From positions 10,726,001-10,790,000 of the forward strand of contig NC_042999.1 in assembly GCF_006345805.1 (NCBI RefSeq): a stretch of DNA of 64,000 bases, in the 5' to 3' direction. Below the pieces are notes generated by a model. It made no database searches. It was not told the DNA's origin and saw only the letters and a program-made list of their open reading frames with translations. The stretch is from Octopus sinensis. Lineage: Eukaryota. The position numbers were made by a program, and so were the translations under genes. Positions 24,471-38,877 of the stretch are shown here, in pieces; the first letter of the stretch is position 1, and each line of letters begins with the position of its first letter.

Positions 24471-27321
24471 GAGGGATGTGGATGGTGGATTTGGAGTCCA
24501 TAGCTACACTAGATTATGCTTGCGCATTTGTTCAACAGATAGATGCTTATGTATCGCTACTCAGTTTACAACATTTTTATTTTCATTATGAGCAGGGTCT
24601 AGATAAACGTATTTGACAAACTGTTCGTTTATTTTTTTCACTAATCTCTCACTAATCCCAACTTATCAATTTTATGCTGCACTTCAAATCTTTCAATGTC
24701 CACTGTTATTACCATTTCAAAGCACTTTCTTGTGCAATTTCATTGTCCATTTATATTGTAAGTCCATCATAAATGAAATTTCTATCTGTTAACGAATACC
24801 TCTCTTTCCTGACTTCCCCAAACTGCCTCAACCTTCAGATTTCATGTATATTCAGTACTTACCATTGTTTATCATTATATTTTCTGCTTTTAAGATGATA
24901 TGCGATGATAATATCTTAGACATCAATTCTGGCAATATTTACAAACCATAAATAATATTTACTGCATAAATTACTAAAATAGCATGGCACTACTTCAAGG
25001 CCAATACCTTTTCTAGGATTGAGCCATAAAGATTTATCTAAGAACAAAATAGATTCACACATGAACACCGTTTTCTTTGCTAAAACGTAAGGAAAAAAGG
25101 TTATAAAATTTGGGACATGGAAGTTATTTGTTTAGAGAAAGAAAAGTGAGATTTCAAAAATGTTGAGAGATTATACCAAACTAAAAATAAACATTATCAG
25201 TAGTTGCTAGGTTCAGTGATTAATAATTTGCTCCAAAAATTGTTTTCTCTTAATTTTCTTCATTTCTGATCCCTTAGCCATATACACACCAGCCTCAAAA
25301 GGCTCTTTACCTAAGTTTTGAAGACCCGCAGAGAGTAAATTAAGATAGATACTATTTGGCAGCAATTTAACCAAGGTAAAAGGAAGAAAAAAAATCTAAT
25401 TAACTAGATTAGCTATTAGCTTCTAAAGTCTCTCAGAATTGCCAGAATATTCTTCTGCTTACACTTTCTATACTTTCACCTTTTCAAAATAAGCCAGACA
25501 AAGATTTATATAGCAATAAATATCAGATTCGGAATCAAATACTCTTGATATTATCAACTGTTTAAAGCTTATCTTGGTAACATCAACATTACTGCAAGGG
25601 AATTAGATTTCATCTATGGCTGAAAACCAAATCCAGTTCCCAAAAGCTTTTCAAAGAAGTAAAAGCCTCTTCTCCACATTTGTTACACGATAGCAGTATT
25701 TTATTTATTTATTTATATATTCCCTCCTATTTGGACAACAAATGACTGATATTTCCACTAGATACTAGTTTTGTTAGTTGTTTCTATCAAATGTTAAACA
25801 AGTCATTACATTTACACATCAAACCAATTCCTACAGCTCTTGTCTTTCACTGCTGTTCGTCCTGCTGCAAGTCTGAGAGAGCTTTTGGTGGATTTCATGA
25901 CCGACTACAGAGGGATCAATATTAGCAGGGCATTAGTTGTATCCATTTTCAACACAATTTAGCTGCAGTTAGGTTTAACAGCAAATGCTTAGGTCTGAGC
26001 TGCTGTTGTCCATCCTCATTTAACATTCATTTTTCCATGCTTGCATGGGTCAGATGGGTAATCACTGAAGAATTTTTACAGCCAGATGCCCCTTCTATCA
26101 CCAACCCTCACCTATTTCCAAGCAAAGTAGTATTTCCACATGGCCAGACATATTTCGGTGCAAGACTGGAAATGAATAATGTCACATGATGTTAAGACAT
26201 GGATAAACACAAACATGCATATGCATGCATGGGCACGTGCACACAATGGGCTTCTTTCAGTTTCCATCAACAAAATCCAGTCAAAAAACTGCATTACTCG
26301 GTTTTATAATAAATAATACTTGTTGAAGGTGCTGAGCAGTGGGGCTGGACCCAAGACCACATAGTTGGGGGACAAGCTTTTCAACCTCATTGCCACATCT
26401 TTGCTTGTCACTCATGTAGGAAAACCAAAAATAAATAAAATCTCCACATTTCCATCTTGGATTTTTAGCAATCAATACACTTTGGCAGTTGTTATTCAAA
26501 ACGAGACAAATACTCCAATTATTAACCACTTTGAAGCAGAAATATTGATTTTTTTTTTTTATCAACTCTAGATTTTTCTGATTGAACTGCAAGGCGATGC
26601 TGTCAAATTTTGGCTTTATAAAAGAATATCTTATCGTGTTGCTAACAAATCTCTCTTAAATTTATTTAAAACAAAGCCTGCTTGAAAGATTTTATTAAAT
26701 CATTTCTCCTGCCACCCCCAACCCGACCCCCACAAATTTGCATATAAAACATTACTATTAAGCACATTACTGTTTATTAAAGTTTCTTGTCTCTAAACTA
26801 ATGTCTGTGCTTTTCCAATGACTAAATGTGACTCAAAGCACGCAGGGGGGTGGGGGGTGTCAGAGCAACAGGGATAATATACATTGATAAATAGTTATAC
26901 ATCTATAATATAGATTATTAAATGGTTATTGATACATTTATAATATAAACTACTAAGTAGATATTGATATTCGTTTGTGGTGCACCTTATTAAAAACTAC
27001 TGGAAAGACAAAATAATTAGAGAGAATCTAATTTATCAACCTTGTCAGTTTCAGTAACAAATTTCACTTTCCAATTATTTTCATTTCAAAATGTCAATTT
27101 TTTTTAGATCAAGATTTTGATAGACATTATCAAACAATGAAATTGAACAATATAAATATTCACAGTGTAAGAAACCCAATTGTTTTTCCCCAATATTGTA
27201 TAAAATTGCTTATAAATTGAATAGAAATATAAAAAAATAACTATTATTGATTTACACAAATATAACTTGGAAATTCAGAAGAATTTTTCAGTTTATAATC
27301 TCTAAAATTATATTTAAAACA

Positions 27322-27720
27322 ACAGTGTATCTGTCATATGACAGGTAACTTTGGAAGTCTAGTTTCACCACCATGGGTAATATCAGGAAATATGGCAGAC
27401 ATACAATCATTATAATTTCACTTTTATCAAATTTCTTGGTGTTTATAGAAAATGTGATGAAATGAATACTAATTCTCAAAAAAAAAAAAAAAGAAAAACT
27501 TAGAATCTACCCATAACTACTGTCATTTAATCCTTTTCTTCCTTTGTTTTTATAATTTTTTCTTATTGTATATGTATAACATTCCTTTACTCATTGCCTG
27601 TTCCTAAGCCTAGTATGTGCCCTCGCTTTTACACTCTCTCTCTCTTTCTTTATGATGTAAAGTGTGACTGGAGAATTCAACCACCCAACATTTATATCAA
27701 CTATTATTATACAGAGATAG
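27322..27720 (+). repeat. AT-rich interspersed repeat, second copy at ~31765-32160 in the same orientation
   Basis: Shared blocks tatctgtcatatga, taacttt(g/a)gaag, attataatttcacttttatcaaatttcttg, gatgaaatgaatactaatt, ctaagcctagtatg and gactggaga. Confidence 0.75.
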
Positions 27721-30458
27721 TAAACATTAAAATTCGCTAGGTTGAGAATGAAATCTAAAGAAAAGGCATAAATACATTTTGAGAAGAAGGAGGAGAATGA
27801 GTACGCAGATTATAAAAGATGGCAGATTATGAAGAATGAAGATGATTTGAAGCCAGCTGGCTCGCTTACTTGTGTGAAATGTCAATGTGATTAAGGCATG
27901 TTAAGCTCAACTGATTAGATGAGAGGAGTAGAATACCATGTAGCCTGCCATATGACATGGCAAGCATGTTTAGCTGAGACGCTTCATGTAAATATGGTCA
28001 GCCTCATTGTTACAGCAGGAGATGAGGTGACATTGCTAAGCTAAAAGAATCCCTTTGCTGCTATAAGGGAAAAGTTTGGTTGTTCGTTTAGATGAAGGAA
28101 GAGCAAGATGGAGTGTTGTGATGTGTATGAGTTTCAAAAATAAGTCAGTTCAAAGAAATGAATGTATGATATTCACACAGCTAAACAGATAAATAAAAAT
28201 TAGATAACTATGTGGTGTGGATACATGGGATGAGGGGCAAAGTGAGGTGGATTATTGCACCAGCATATTACATACTGTCCATAAATACAACAGGGTGTAT
28301 TCCCAATGTAATGAACTGCCAGTTCCTATTTTATGGTAATTACACCAAGGTGGACAAAGCCATTTGGAAATTAAATAACATGATGCTCACAACAGGGCAT
28401 GATCCATTGCCTTTTTTTGTCAGACTGAGACTTTACATGATCTCTCAGTCTGCTAGAAATAGCGACTACATTCCCTCAAAATGACATTCTATTATCTTAA
28501 AAAGAGAAAGATTCATTGGGTAATGTAGTCCAAGATATGCAAAGAGATGAGAAGGTTATGGTTAGAATTACTTTTGACATAGGCCCGCTCAGTCAAGAAT
28601 AGCCTGTGGTTAAACAACAGCATGCTAGCAAGTATGTATCATATCAAACAGAGATAGATCTCATTGACAGAGAACACCATAGAAAGCTGAAACACCGATT
28701 CTGTAGATGTCTGGATTTCATGCCAAACTGCACGAGATACTATATCTGATATCGTATGATGTGTGTGTGTGTGTCTTTGTGCGTGATCATAGAGAAATAT
28801 AACCTGCTCCAGCATGGCCGCAGTCAAATGACTGAAACAAGTAAAAGAGTAAAAAGAGTTACCTGAAAACAGTTGAGAGCTGGAGATGGGAAGGGCATCT
28901 AGCTGTAGGAAATCCATCATCATCATCATTTAATGTCCATTTTCCATGCTGGCATGGGTTGGACAGTTTGACTAGAGTTGGCGCGGCAGAAGATTGCACC
29001 AAGCTCTACTGTCTGCCCTTCCCAAAGCCAACCATTTTACAGAGTGTACTGGGCACATTTTACATGGCACCAGTAGCAAAGAGGTCATCAAGTGAGTTAC
29101 AAGACCCTTTCAACTGAGGTGGGGAGTAGTATTAAAGGAGGTAGCTTTGTGCCAGATGAGGGGGTTAGAGTAAAGGAGAGACATGGCTACCTCAGTAGCA
29201 GAGAAAGAAGATTGTGATGATATGATGAGGGTACACTCAAAATCTCTCTCTCTCTCTCTCTCTACATACATACACACTTTTAGCCATAATCACACCTACC
29301 AGTGCATGCATATATATACACACGTTTACATATTACGTAGAGGCATATGAATATGAATGTTTATGCACCTTATAATTTCCATTTCCCCTTTTAAGACTCT
29401 CTCCTCAGACTATATAACTATTGTACAAACATTCTCTATCCTCTTAACAGTCTTGAACTGGATGCCAACTTCAATAAAGGAACTTCAAATCTAAGACTGA
29501 AGATGCTTTATTATTTCTTTCCCTTTTTCCTTTGCTGTTTTTTTAGTTGTTGTTGCTATTTTTCATTCTTTTTATAGATAAAACAATAAGATTAAACCTT
29601 AATTCTAAAGCAAACTTAACCTCATTTTTCTACTACTTGAATACAAGTTACTAAATATATATATATATATATATATATATCAAACTGGATGGCATCCACT
29701 AATTTCCATGACATTGCTTTATATTCAAATTTGTTGCAGAAGGAATGAGTTCACATCATCACATCTGGTTTCCATGCTAGCATCGGTCAGGTAGTTTGAC
29801 AGAATTTGGCAAACCACAGAGGCTGCATCCAGCTCCATTATTTCCCTTCAGTTTCTTATGAATTTTATCTGCAGACATAGTGTTACTTTAGATGCAGTAT
29901 GGCTGAATGGTCAAGAAACTGGCATGGCAATCATTAGACACCGAGTTCAATCCTATTTCATGGCATCTCAAACAAATGTCTCTTACTGTAGCTTTGTGCC
30001 AACACAAGCTGTTGATGGACCACACTTGTGATTCAAAGATCTAACCTGATCAGACACCATGCTATGGCAGTTCTGTTTCAGGATTACATTAAGGGCACAC
30101 ATGTCTGTAGTACTCAGCCAGTTATTGATTCAATGAGCCCTTAGTCCAATTAGTCAACCAGCTGGAAACCTATGGTCAGAAATTCTAACCAAGAGCCATC
30201 AATAATGTTACCAGATTAGAATAGCACTTCTGCATTTTATAACCTCTATATGATCATAGCACAAACACACATACACATGAACGGCTTCTTTCTGTTTCCA
30301 TCTGCTAAATCCATTCACAAGGCTTTGGTTAATCTGGAGCTATCGTATTAGTACCACACAGTGGGTACTGCACACCAACTCATATGGTTGGGAAGTGAAC
30401 TTCTAAACCAACACCCCCTTACTTATGCCTATCCATGTCTGTACCCATTATCCTTTGA

Positions 30459-30636
30459 CCCACTACACTCACGGAGTGGTTGGCGTTATGAAGGGCATCC
30501 AGCCGTAGAAACATTGCCAGATCAGACTGGGCCTGGTGCAGCCTTCTGGCTTCCCAGACCCCAGTTGCACCGTCCAACCCATGCCAGCATGGAAAGCGGA
30601 CGCTAAACGATGATGATGATGATGATGATGATGATG
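30459..30636 (+). mobile_element. Very short 5'-truncated RTE insertion (3' tail only)
   Basis: Near-identical to 20459-20630, including the ttatgaagggc variant. A similar copy at 31411-31639 has one UTR module. Older copies near 494, 10075 (-), 22060 (-), 34115 (-), 55800 and 61690. Confidence 0.9.
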
Positions 30637-31348
30637 AAGTGGAAATTGAAAGTTAACATGAAGGTGATCCCATATTTAAGACAATCTGTTCTATTTGTTA
30701 ACCCTCTGTGTCGCTTACATTTTGAAAAATCTCACTGGTTGATGCTTCTTAATCTTGCTAATATTAACTTACTCAAATGCATTAGGTTTCAGTGTTGTTA
30801 ATTACCAAAATTGTGTACAATAAACTCTAGAGAACAACATAGCAGCCAAAGCAGGATTGTAATGGTGGCAGTTAAATTAGAAAATGAAAAAAAAAAAATT
30901 CCCAGCAAGCAGCATGCAAGCAACAAATTCTAGATAATACAAAAAAAATATTAAAAAACAAAACAGTTTGTAATATTTGAGTCTAATGCTGAAATTACTA
31001 TCAAGTTTAAGCCACGAGTAAGATGATAATAGGGAGGCAAGTTAAGAAGTAATTGAGCAGACCATTAATAGGAATCAACAGATTATCAGCCTGGTTTCTT
31101 TCATTTATACAAAGTCAACTTGAATGTATTGAACAAACTATTTTAAGGACTTTATATGCACTTTCTGACAAGTTGTGGTGCACCTGAGCACTGTATACAA
31201 TAATTTCATTATTATTATTATTATTAAGGACTTTGATTTGGTTTTGAAAAAATTAATGAAGAACCTAAAAGGAAATTTAAAAGCTTGCAACAAAGTCTGA
31301 AGGGATTTGGTCATTGTGAAGATGTATATCAATTGGCACAATATTGGG

Positions 31349-31389
<41 letters not shown>

Positions 31390-31677
31390 TATATTTATAT
31401 ATACATATATAAGCACCATCCGTTCGTGGCCGTTGCCAGCCTCACCTGGCCCCCGTGCCGGTGGCACATAAAAAGCACCCACTACACTCATGGAGTGATT
31501 GGCGTTAGGAAGGGCATCCAGCCGTAGAAACATTGCCAGATCAGACTGGGCCTGGTGCAGCCTTCTGGCTTGCCAGACCCCAGTTGAACCGTCCAGCCCA
31601 TGCTAGCATGGAAAACGGACGCTAAACGATGATGATGATATACATTTATATATATACATATATACATATATATACAT

Positions 31678-31713
<36 letters not shown>

Positions 31714-31722
31714 ATATATACA

Positions 31723-31763
<41 letters not shown>

Positions 31764-33209
31764 AAAGTATTATCTGTCATATGATGGGTAACTTTAGAAG
31801 CATATACTTTTGTCACCCTGGATAATATTAGGAAAAATAGCATATAAACAATAATTATAATTTCACTTTTATCAAATTTCTTGATACTTATAGAAAATGA
31901 TGAAATGAATACTAATTTTCAAAAGAAAAAGATTTATCACCTTAAAATAAAATTAAAACAAATTTCTCATTTGTATAACTCATCTCATAATTGTCATCTA
32001 TTCCCCGCTACTCTTCCTTCCACTAAGCCTAGTATGAGCAATCAACCTGCATTACTTAACTCTTTCTTTCTCTTCCCCCTCTTTTGATGCGGCATAAAGC
32101 AAGACTGGAGAAACCAACCAACTAATGTATATATATATAGGCTATTATTACATCGAGATTATTATCCATAGCATCTTAATTTGGTGCTAGTTGGAAGCAA
32201 TAGTAAATAAGCTGTGTAAAATTCATTTGAAATACAGTGTGATGGTGTGTGAGGGTGGGGCAACGAATGAACAAGATGAAAATCACTGTGCACTTAGGTA
32301 ACTTTGTAATATGAGAGAGAGGGGGGAGGGAGCTGTCAACAGTAAAAACTTTATTGGCTACAAAGAGTTTTAGATGATAAGTATCCGTGTGAGCAAAACA
32401 AAAATTTCTATAAAGAAAACAAACATGTTTATTTCAACATGATGTTAGTTAGTAAATCAAATCTCATTTTACTGGTGTAAAGACACATAAACTTCCTTGT
32501 TGTTTGCTGATGTTGTGTTGAAAGTAGTTACTAATGCTACCTAGCAATCTCTCTGGAAGTGATACAACATTGAGAGGGTACAGAAAAATAAACATTTCAA
32601 CAATTTGATCTGGCAGATAAAAGATAAGAAAAAAAATTATCCCAGAGATGAATGTAGTCTTAGATATTTTGTAAAATCTCAAGAAGAAAATAAAATATCA
32701 GAAGCTAAAATATTAAATTTATTCCAAACAGTTTGTCCCAAGCATTTTCCCTATCATTTCAACATAGCAATTTAAAGATATTACAAAAATAATTCTTCAA
32801 AATTATCAATATAAGTTAAGAAAAACAACGGGATCTTTTTAAAATCAGAAAATTCACTTGGATCTGAACAGAGAAATTATAGAAAGCAAGAGATATCTGA
32901 GGCTTACCAACAGCTGTAATGTCTTATGTTGTATGTCCCCAATGGTCAGATGAAGTGTGATATAATATCAGACAGAGCCCAACAATTATTTCACAATAAG
33001 CACAGAGATAGCAATGCAATTATAGCTTAGATATAAAGAAAACAAATCAAATTAAAATCAGAATTTTAACTTTTATACCTACTTGATGAGTTGATGTTAA
33101 CCAATATTAAAGAATTGATATACAGCCTGTTGTTTGATTGGAAATAAGGTCTGTTTTGTTGATTCAATTTATAAGGAAATTGATGGTAATTCACCGTAGT
33201 TTTAGCTCT

Positions 33210-33435
33210 GAGCCCTTTTGATACTAACCCTTCTGAGACTGCTTCTACTTCCATGATACAAATTTCCTTTTTTAAAATTACGGACATTAAATCCATCCAT
33301 CAAAATTCCATATTGATTTATGTGTTCCAAATACCAGATTAATAAGGATTGTCATTTACTAAATTCTTCATTATTTCCAAAAGTAATTGACACAAAGCCA
33401 GTGTATTTCAGCAGAAATGTAACAAAAGGGTGAAA
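33210..33435 (+). mobile_element. TTAA-type MITE family 1 copy
   Basis: cccttttgatact...gtaacaaaagggtgaa; body alignable with 1264-1487. Confidence 0.65.
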
Positions 33436-34258
33436 ACTATTTGTCTGAAAGAGCATCCTCTCTATATTTGGTAATATATCGATCTATTTATTAAAACCAT
33501 GTTAGGCCCTGTTAAATTGGGTGGAACAGAATTATGTGAGAAAATGACTAGAATCAAATTCAACAACAACAGACCATTTTCTTTGTCATGAATTGAAAGA
33601 ATATGCCTAGGATCAGACTATGGATTTCAAAATTACACCGACAAGCAAAAGGGCAGATTAAATAGCGGCAATTACCTACCTTCTCCATTTCTCTCTCCCC
33701 ACCTCTGCACACACACACACAAAGTAGACAATACAATAGGGTAGTTATATCTGCTCCATCTCTTCTAAATATTGATATCAAACAGGATGAGAGGAAAATA
33801 AAAATTTTTTTTTAAAAAGGGATGGGGGGCACAACATTAATACGTTTTACTACCATGTTGTCTTCCAAGTGTAACCCTTGCTACTATTGTATTAGTATCT
33901 GTAGAGGAGACAAGATTTATAAAAATAGGTCTTACAAGTGAACAGTCTGGCCGATAAGTAAGAGAGAAGTTGGGAAACAGATGAAAACTGAGAACTTGTC
34001 TAGATTTCTTGATCCCTGCTTCCATACTACATCCACATGCCAAAACTAGAGTGCATTTATCTATCATATTTAAGAGAGTGTGATGTTGTTTTGATAGCAG
34101 ACTAAGATGTGTGTGTATCATCATCATCATCTAACATCCATTTTACATGCTGGTATGGGTTGGATAGTTTGGCAAAATCATATGAGTTGCAGGACTGTCT
34201 CAAGCTCCAATGTCTATTTTGGGATGGCTTCCATGGCTAGATGCCCTTCCTATCACCC

Positions 34259-34291
<33 letters not shown>

Positions 34292-34507
34292 TTCAATTCA
34301 ATCTTTTAACACACAAATCAACAGAATTAGTTTTTCTAAGCTGAAATGAATGAAAAATTCCAGTAGAATAAATAATGAATAAATTTCAATTGTTATGTCT
34401 TAATTTTAATTTAGAAATAAAGCTAGAATTTGATATGAGACATGAAAATAGAGTGACAAAATAATTTTTGTAAATACGATTTAAACTGCAATCAACATAA
34501 TTTATTC

Positions 34508-34542
<35 letters not shown>

Positions 34543-35468
34543 TGATATGTAGGTTGATTAATTGGTTGATTTCTCAAGTCATGCTTTACAAAATATATAT
34601 GGTGGGGAGACAATAAAAGAGAGATATAGAGTGAGTTAACATAAGAGGTGCAGGATGAGTGTACATCCACTCGGCTTGGTGGTGGAAAGCAGAAGGGGAG
34701 TAAATGACAGCGATACCTGAACAGGGAGAGGGAACTGGGGGGGGGGTATTTAGCTTTAGTTTCAAACTTTCAGTTTCTTCAGGTGCAACAAAAAATCTAT
34801 TTAAAACATTGCCTTTTATGACAGATTAGTGAACAAGATGAGCAATTTTAAGAAAATGTCAACAATATGTGAACATTGAAGAGTTATTTAAATATACATC
34901 ATTAGTAAAGAAATATATAAAAAAAAAGGGAGAATAAACTGAAAACGAAAAATAAAAAGAATGGCAAAAAAGAAAAATCTAAAAGGAATGTACGAAAGGT
35001 AAATAATAAAGTAAATAAAACCAATAACAATAACTAAAACAGATTGAATATTTTTCTTTGAATCAAGAACTAAATGCTAAACTTTTTTTTTGGTTAGACA
35101 AGTTTACATTTTAAACTTTTAGAATTGTCAAGAGATGACAATATGAACTAAAATATATTTGCAGGTTTACATTTTTTTACCAATGTAGTTGTCTATTACC
35201 TTTAACCGTTGAAACAAGGATGTTATGATTGGTGGGAATTATGCCATGTTTGGATCTAGAGATAGTCATTAGATGGATATGCATATATCAGACTGTTGCA
35301 AATTATTTATCACAGCTAATATTAATACAAATATTAATTTATAAGTGTGTGCGCATACATACACACACATACATAAATGTATACAAGTACATACATTTTT
35401 ATGTGTATACATATAAACAAACACACACAAATGTGTTATATCAGCATCAAATATCTAGCTATCATAAA

Positions 35469-35854
35469 TCTATATATATAAAGCTGAAGTTGTCTGTGTG
35501 TGTGGCAGGTTTGGTAGCCTTCAACTATAACTCCAAGACCCTGCGGCACAAGTTGACCAAAATTGAGAGTATGATAGAAGAAGGCTTGCTCTTCGTTCCG
35601 TAAAAGAAAAAATTAAAATCGGACCATGTTAAGACCAAAAATTATTTACATCAAAAAGGTGCTTTTTTTTTTTATATGAAAATCCCTACTTTTTACAATT
35701 TTTTGACTACTGTGTTGCCATTTTTCGGTGTATTTTGACCAGAAAAATGCTCACTTAACAAGCTATACAATGCAAAAATTTTACATTTCAAAAATTCCAA
35801 TTCTAAAGGGTCAAAAAGAAAATAAACCCAAACAACGCCGGACTATACTGCTAG
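35469..35854 (+). mobile_element. Non-autonomous Helitron, family 2 (second copy)
   Basis: A|TCTATATATATAAAGCTGAAG...CTGCTAG|T; highly similar to 7347-7729. Confidence 0.85.
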
Positions 35855-37193
35855 TATACATATATATGTCAAGTTAGCTGCAGAGGTTGCATCAAAGTGG
35901 CTGTGAGCCAGGAGGTGCTACCTGAATCAGTTCTAACTGGACATCAGCTGGAACTTGATCAAGCCTGGCTGAGTCACCTTCTCTGATTGTTAACAAACCC
36001 GAAATATCCAAAGACACCCCCCTCCCCACCACCAAGAAACATCACTGACAATGCATCACAAGCTGATATACGAAAAAGACTTCCTTCAGCCCAAGGCCAG
36101 TTTTTCTTGTGGGTAGGTTAAGTCCAACATACTAAAAGTGTTCCTTTAACAAACATTCATTTCATAAGAAATGTGATTCCAGTCAGATTTCAACTCAAAC
36201 CTATTCAGAGTAAAACATCTTCGATTTCAGTGAATGCCAATCTCACCATTTACCGCCACCTTTGAATTTCGTTTTAGGTATTAAAAAGTGAATAATACCA
36301 TTCACAACAGAATGTAGACACTGTTAAAAACAGGTACCAGCTTCACCTTTTAGTTAATAATCTTGGATAGAATTATTAAGAAGAGAGAAGGACAAGAATT
36401 ATGTGAATGGTTTCTACAAGCAGTGAGTTTAAATAGTAAGGTTTTTGCATTATTACAATTGTTGTTGTTGTTGATATTGTTATGGTAGCTGCTAGACAAA
36501 TATAATTCTGACAGTGCCAGACATAATGCTAAAGTTATCTTAACGTCTGTCGAGGTATTTATTCTTGAATGCTTCTCTGTTGACAGGACAATGTACAGAA
36601 GAGCTAAAACAGCAACTAAGCTACTGAATGCTGTTTAGTAAACACTAGTGCTACAACTTTCCACAGCAGCTGTACTCTATTTTTTGTTGTTGTTGTTGTT
36701 ACAGTTCCACTGATCTACTCTATACATGACTTAGAGAATGAACCATAAATTAGATTTGTCTAATAGTTACCTCGATCCTTAAATCTATATTAAACATAGC
36801 TTGATCTAAATCAATTCAATGTATAATAATATTAATATTAAATGAATTAAAAACCTAATTAAAAATCATGTTTTCCATAGTAATTATTAAAGAAGATGGG
36901 AAGTAAAACCAGCAGTACCAAACTTTGGTAGCAATAACTCCTGGAAGAGTTTTAACGAAACTCTTGGACCTAGAGTCACTGTTTCTTCTGATAAATATTA
37001 ATAAAAATATACATATACTCATATTTTGAGTTCTATTTTTCCTGCTTGCATCAACATACTTGTGTGTGTCTGTGTGTAAGAGAGAGAGAGATTATATTCA
37101 ACCAGTAAATAAACTAATAACAGGAAGTACAGCCTTCACCAATAAGCAAATGATAGGAAGAGTAACTGACAATAGAAGAATATAGGCTTGTAT

Positions 37194-37959
37194 TTGTTTT
37201 ATGGAGGCCCACACTTTTCCAGAGATGCCATATTTCCTGATATTACACAGGTTAGCAAAAGTATACTTCCAAAGTTACTCAAAAGAATACTTCCAAAGTA
37301 TGACTTATATATTTTACAAAAAATTGCATAAATTGAACTTTGTATGAGGTCCTTCTGTTATTAAGCACATCTTGCATATGAGCTGATCTGTATAAAGTCC
37401 ATTCTGCAAGACATTTCACTAATATAAAATAAGCCTTGAATCAAAGTCCACCTGTACAACGATTGCCCTGAACAACAGTGGAATTACTTGAAATATATCC
37501 TACATGACTGCTAAAGAGTTTGACAAAACAACCGAGGAAGATGTATCATATACAAAATATTTGGTGTAATATATACAGTAAAATGAAAACACAGCAAAAC
37601 AACACTGAAGACTATTACAGTAGCAGTTAGCCCAGTGGTGTAGATTATGTTACGAAGGCCCATCCTTTAGAAAAGGGGAATCAGGGCAAAACATACAGAG
37701 ATGGATTTGCTGGGAGAGGAGAATGGAATGATTCAGTAGCTCCACCACGGTGGTAACAAATGCAATATATGCAAACATCTCTGAATGCTATTTTGTTTTT
37801 TATATTTGGCAAAATTTTATAATCGAATCTAATGTAGGTCTTTGTTAAGTCATACTTTGGAAGTAATCCTTTGAGTAACTTTGGACGTATACTTTTGCCA
37901 ACAGGTGTAATATCAGGAAATGTGGCATATGTGAAAAAGTGTGGGGCCCCATAAAACAA
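37194..37959. mobile_element. Foldback/MITE-like element with ~114-bp inverted arms
   Basis: 37194-37307 is the reverse complement of 37846-37959 (roughly 85% by eye). Confidence 0.75.
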
Positions 37960-38484
37960 GCATTCAGAAGCCCATCTTTAACTATTCTCAATCTTCGAAT
38001 GAAATACGTTGGTACCAGAAAACAAGGCCTAGTGATGCAAAAATGGACGACCTAATAGAAAAATATGGTCTGCTGATCAACTTAAGACCAAAAAAAGAAA
38101 AATGCTATTTTGAGACTTTGGTGAAGTTATCAGTTTATATGGACTTTGAAAGACACACATCGAACAGGCCACAGATTCTTCAGGTTTTCAGGCAAACAAA
38201 CAATAGTTTGATAAGATTAAGAAAAGTGCAACTAGTTATGACTGGAGACATAATTAGTAAAGAGAAAGAAGAGGCACTGAAATTTATTCAGACTGTTTCT
38301 GACATTGAAGAAGCTTTGCTGCCCAGCAGATCCTTAATGTTGATGAAACTGGCTTATTTTAGAAGAAAATGCCTGAAAGAATATATTTATTGGTTGGAAT
38401 GAAAATTGTTAATAGGATATAAAACAGTTAAGGAGAAACTAGAACAATTATTTGTTGGTGACAATGCTGATGGTAACTAACTCA

Positions 38485-38712
38485 TTAGTCCTTTAGCATT
38501 CAGATCACAGTGTCGAATGTAAAGCCTGTTTATTCACATTGTTTTGGATTAATCATGCATTATCTTGAAGCTTTGAGATTCTGATGATTTGATTGTTCAT
38601 TTTGAGAATGACATTGTATGGTAGGTGTGAGAGGCCAGATCTGGCCACTTTGAACGTAAAACAGGGAGAATATTTGGGCCTGGCAAGACTGGTTCAAATG
38701 CTAAAGGCTCAA
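38485..38712 (+). mobile_element. TTAA-type (piggyBac-like) MITE family 2 inserted in the Tigger ORF
   Basis: Ends ttagtcctttagcatt ... aatgctaaaggctcaa (decayed TTAACCCTTTAGCATT / AATGCTAAAGGGTTAA). It splits GN.(F)|KLKP, where TTT AAA would supply the TTAA target. Confidence 0.75.
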
Positions 38713-38877
38713 ACTGAAACCAATGCAGTTCTATTACTCTGAAAATCCTGAACTTTGAATGAGAAAGCTAAAACAAAAAAGGGAATGTCGACAGTCATTT
38801 AGAAAACAAAGAGGGGGGGAGTTGAGCTTCAATATCGTATTGGTCGTTTTTCTTCATTTCCTATTGTAGCAAGAACA

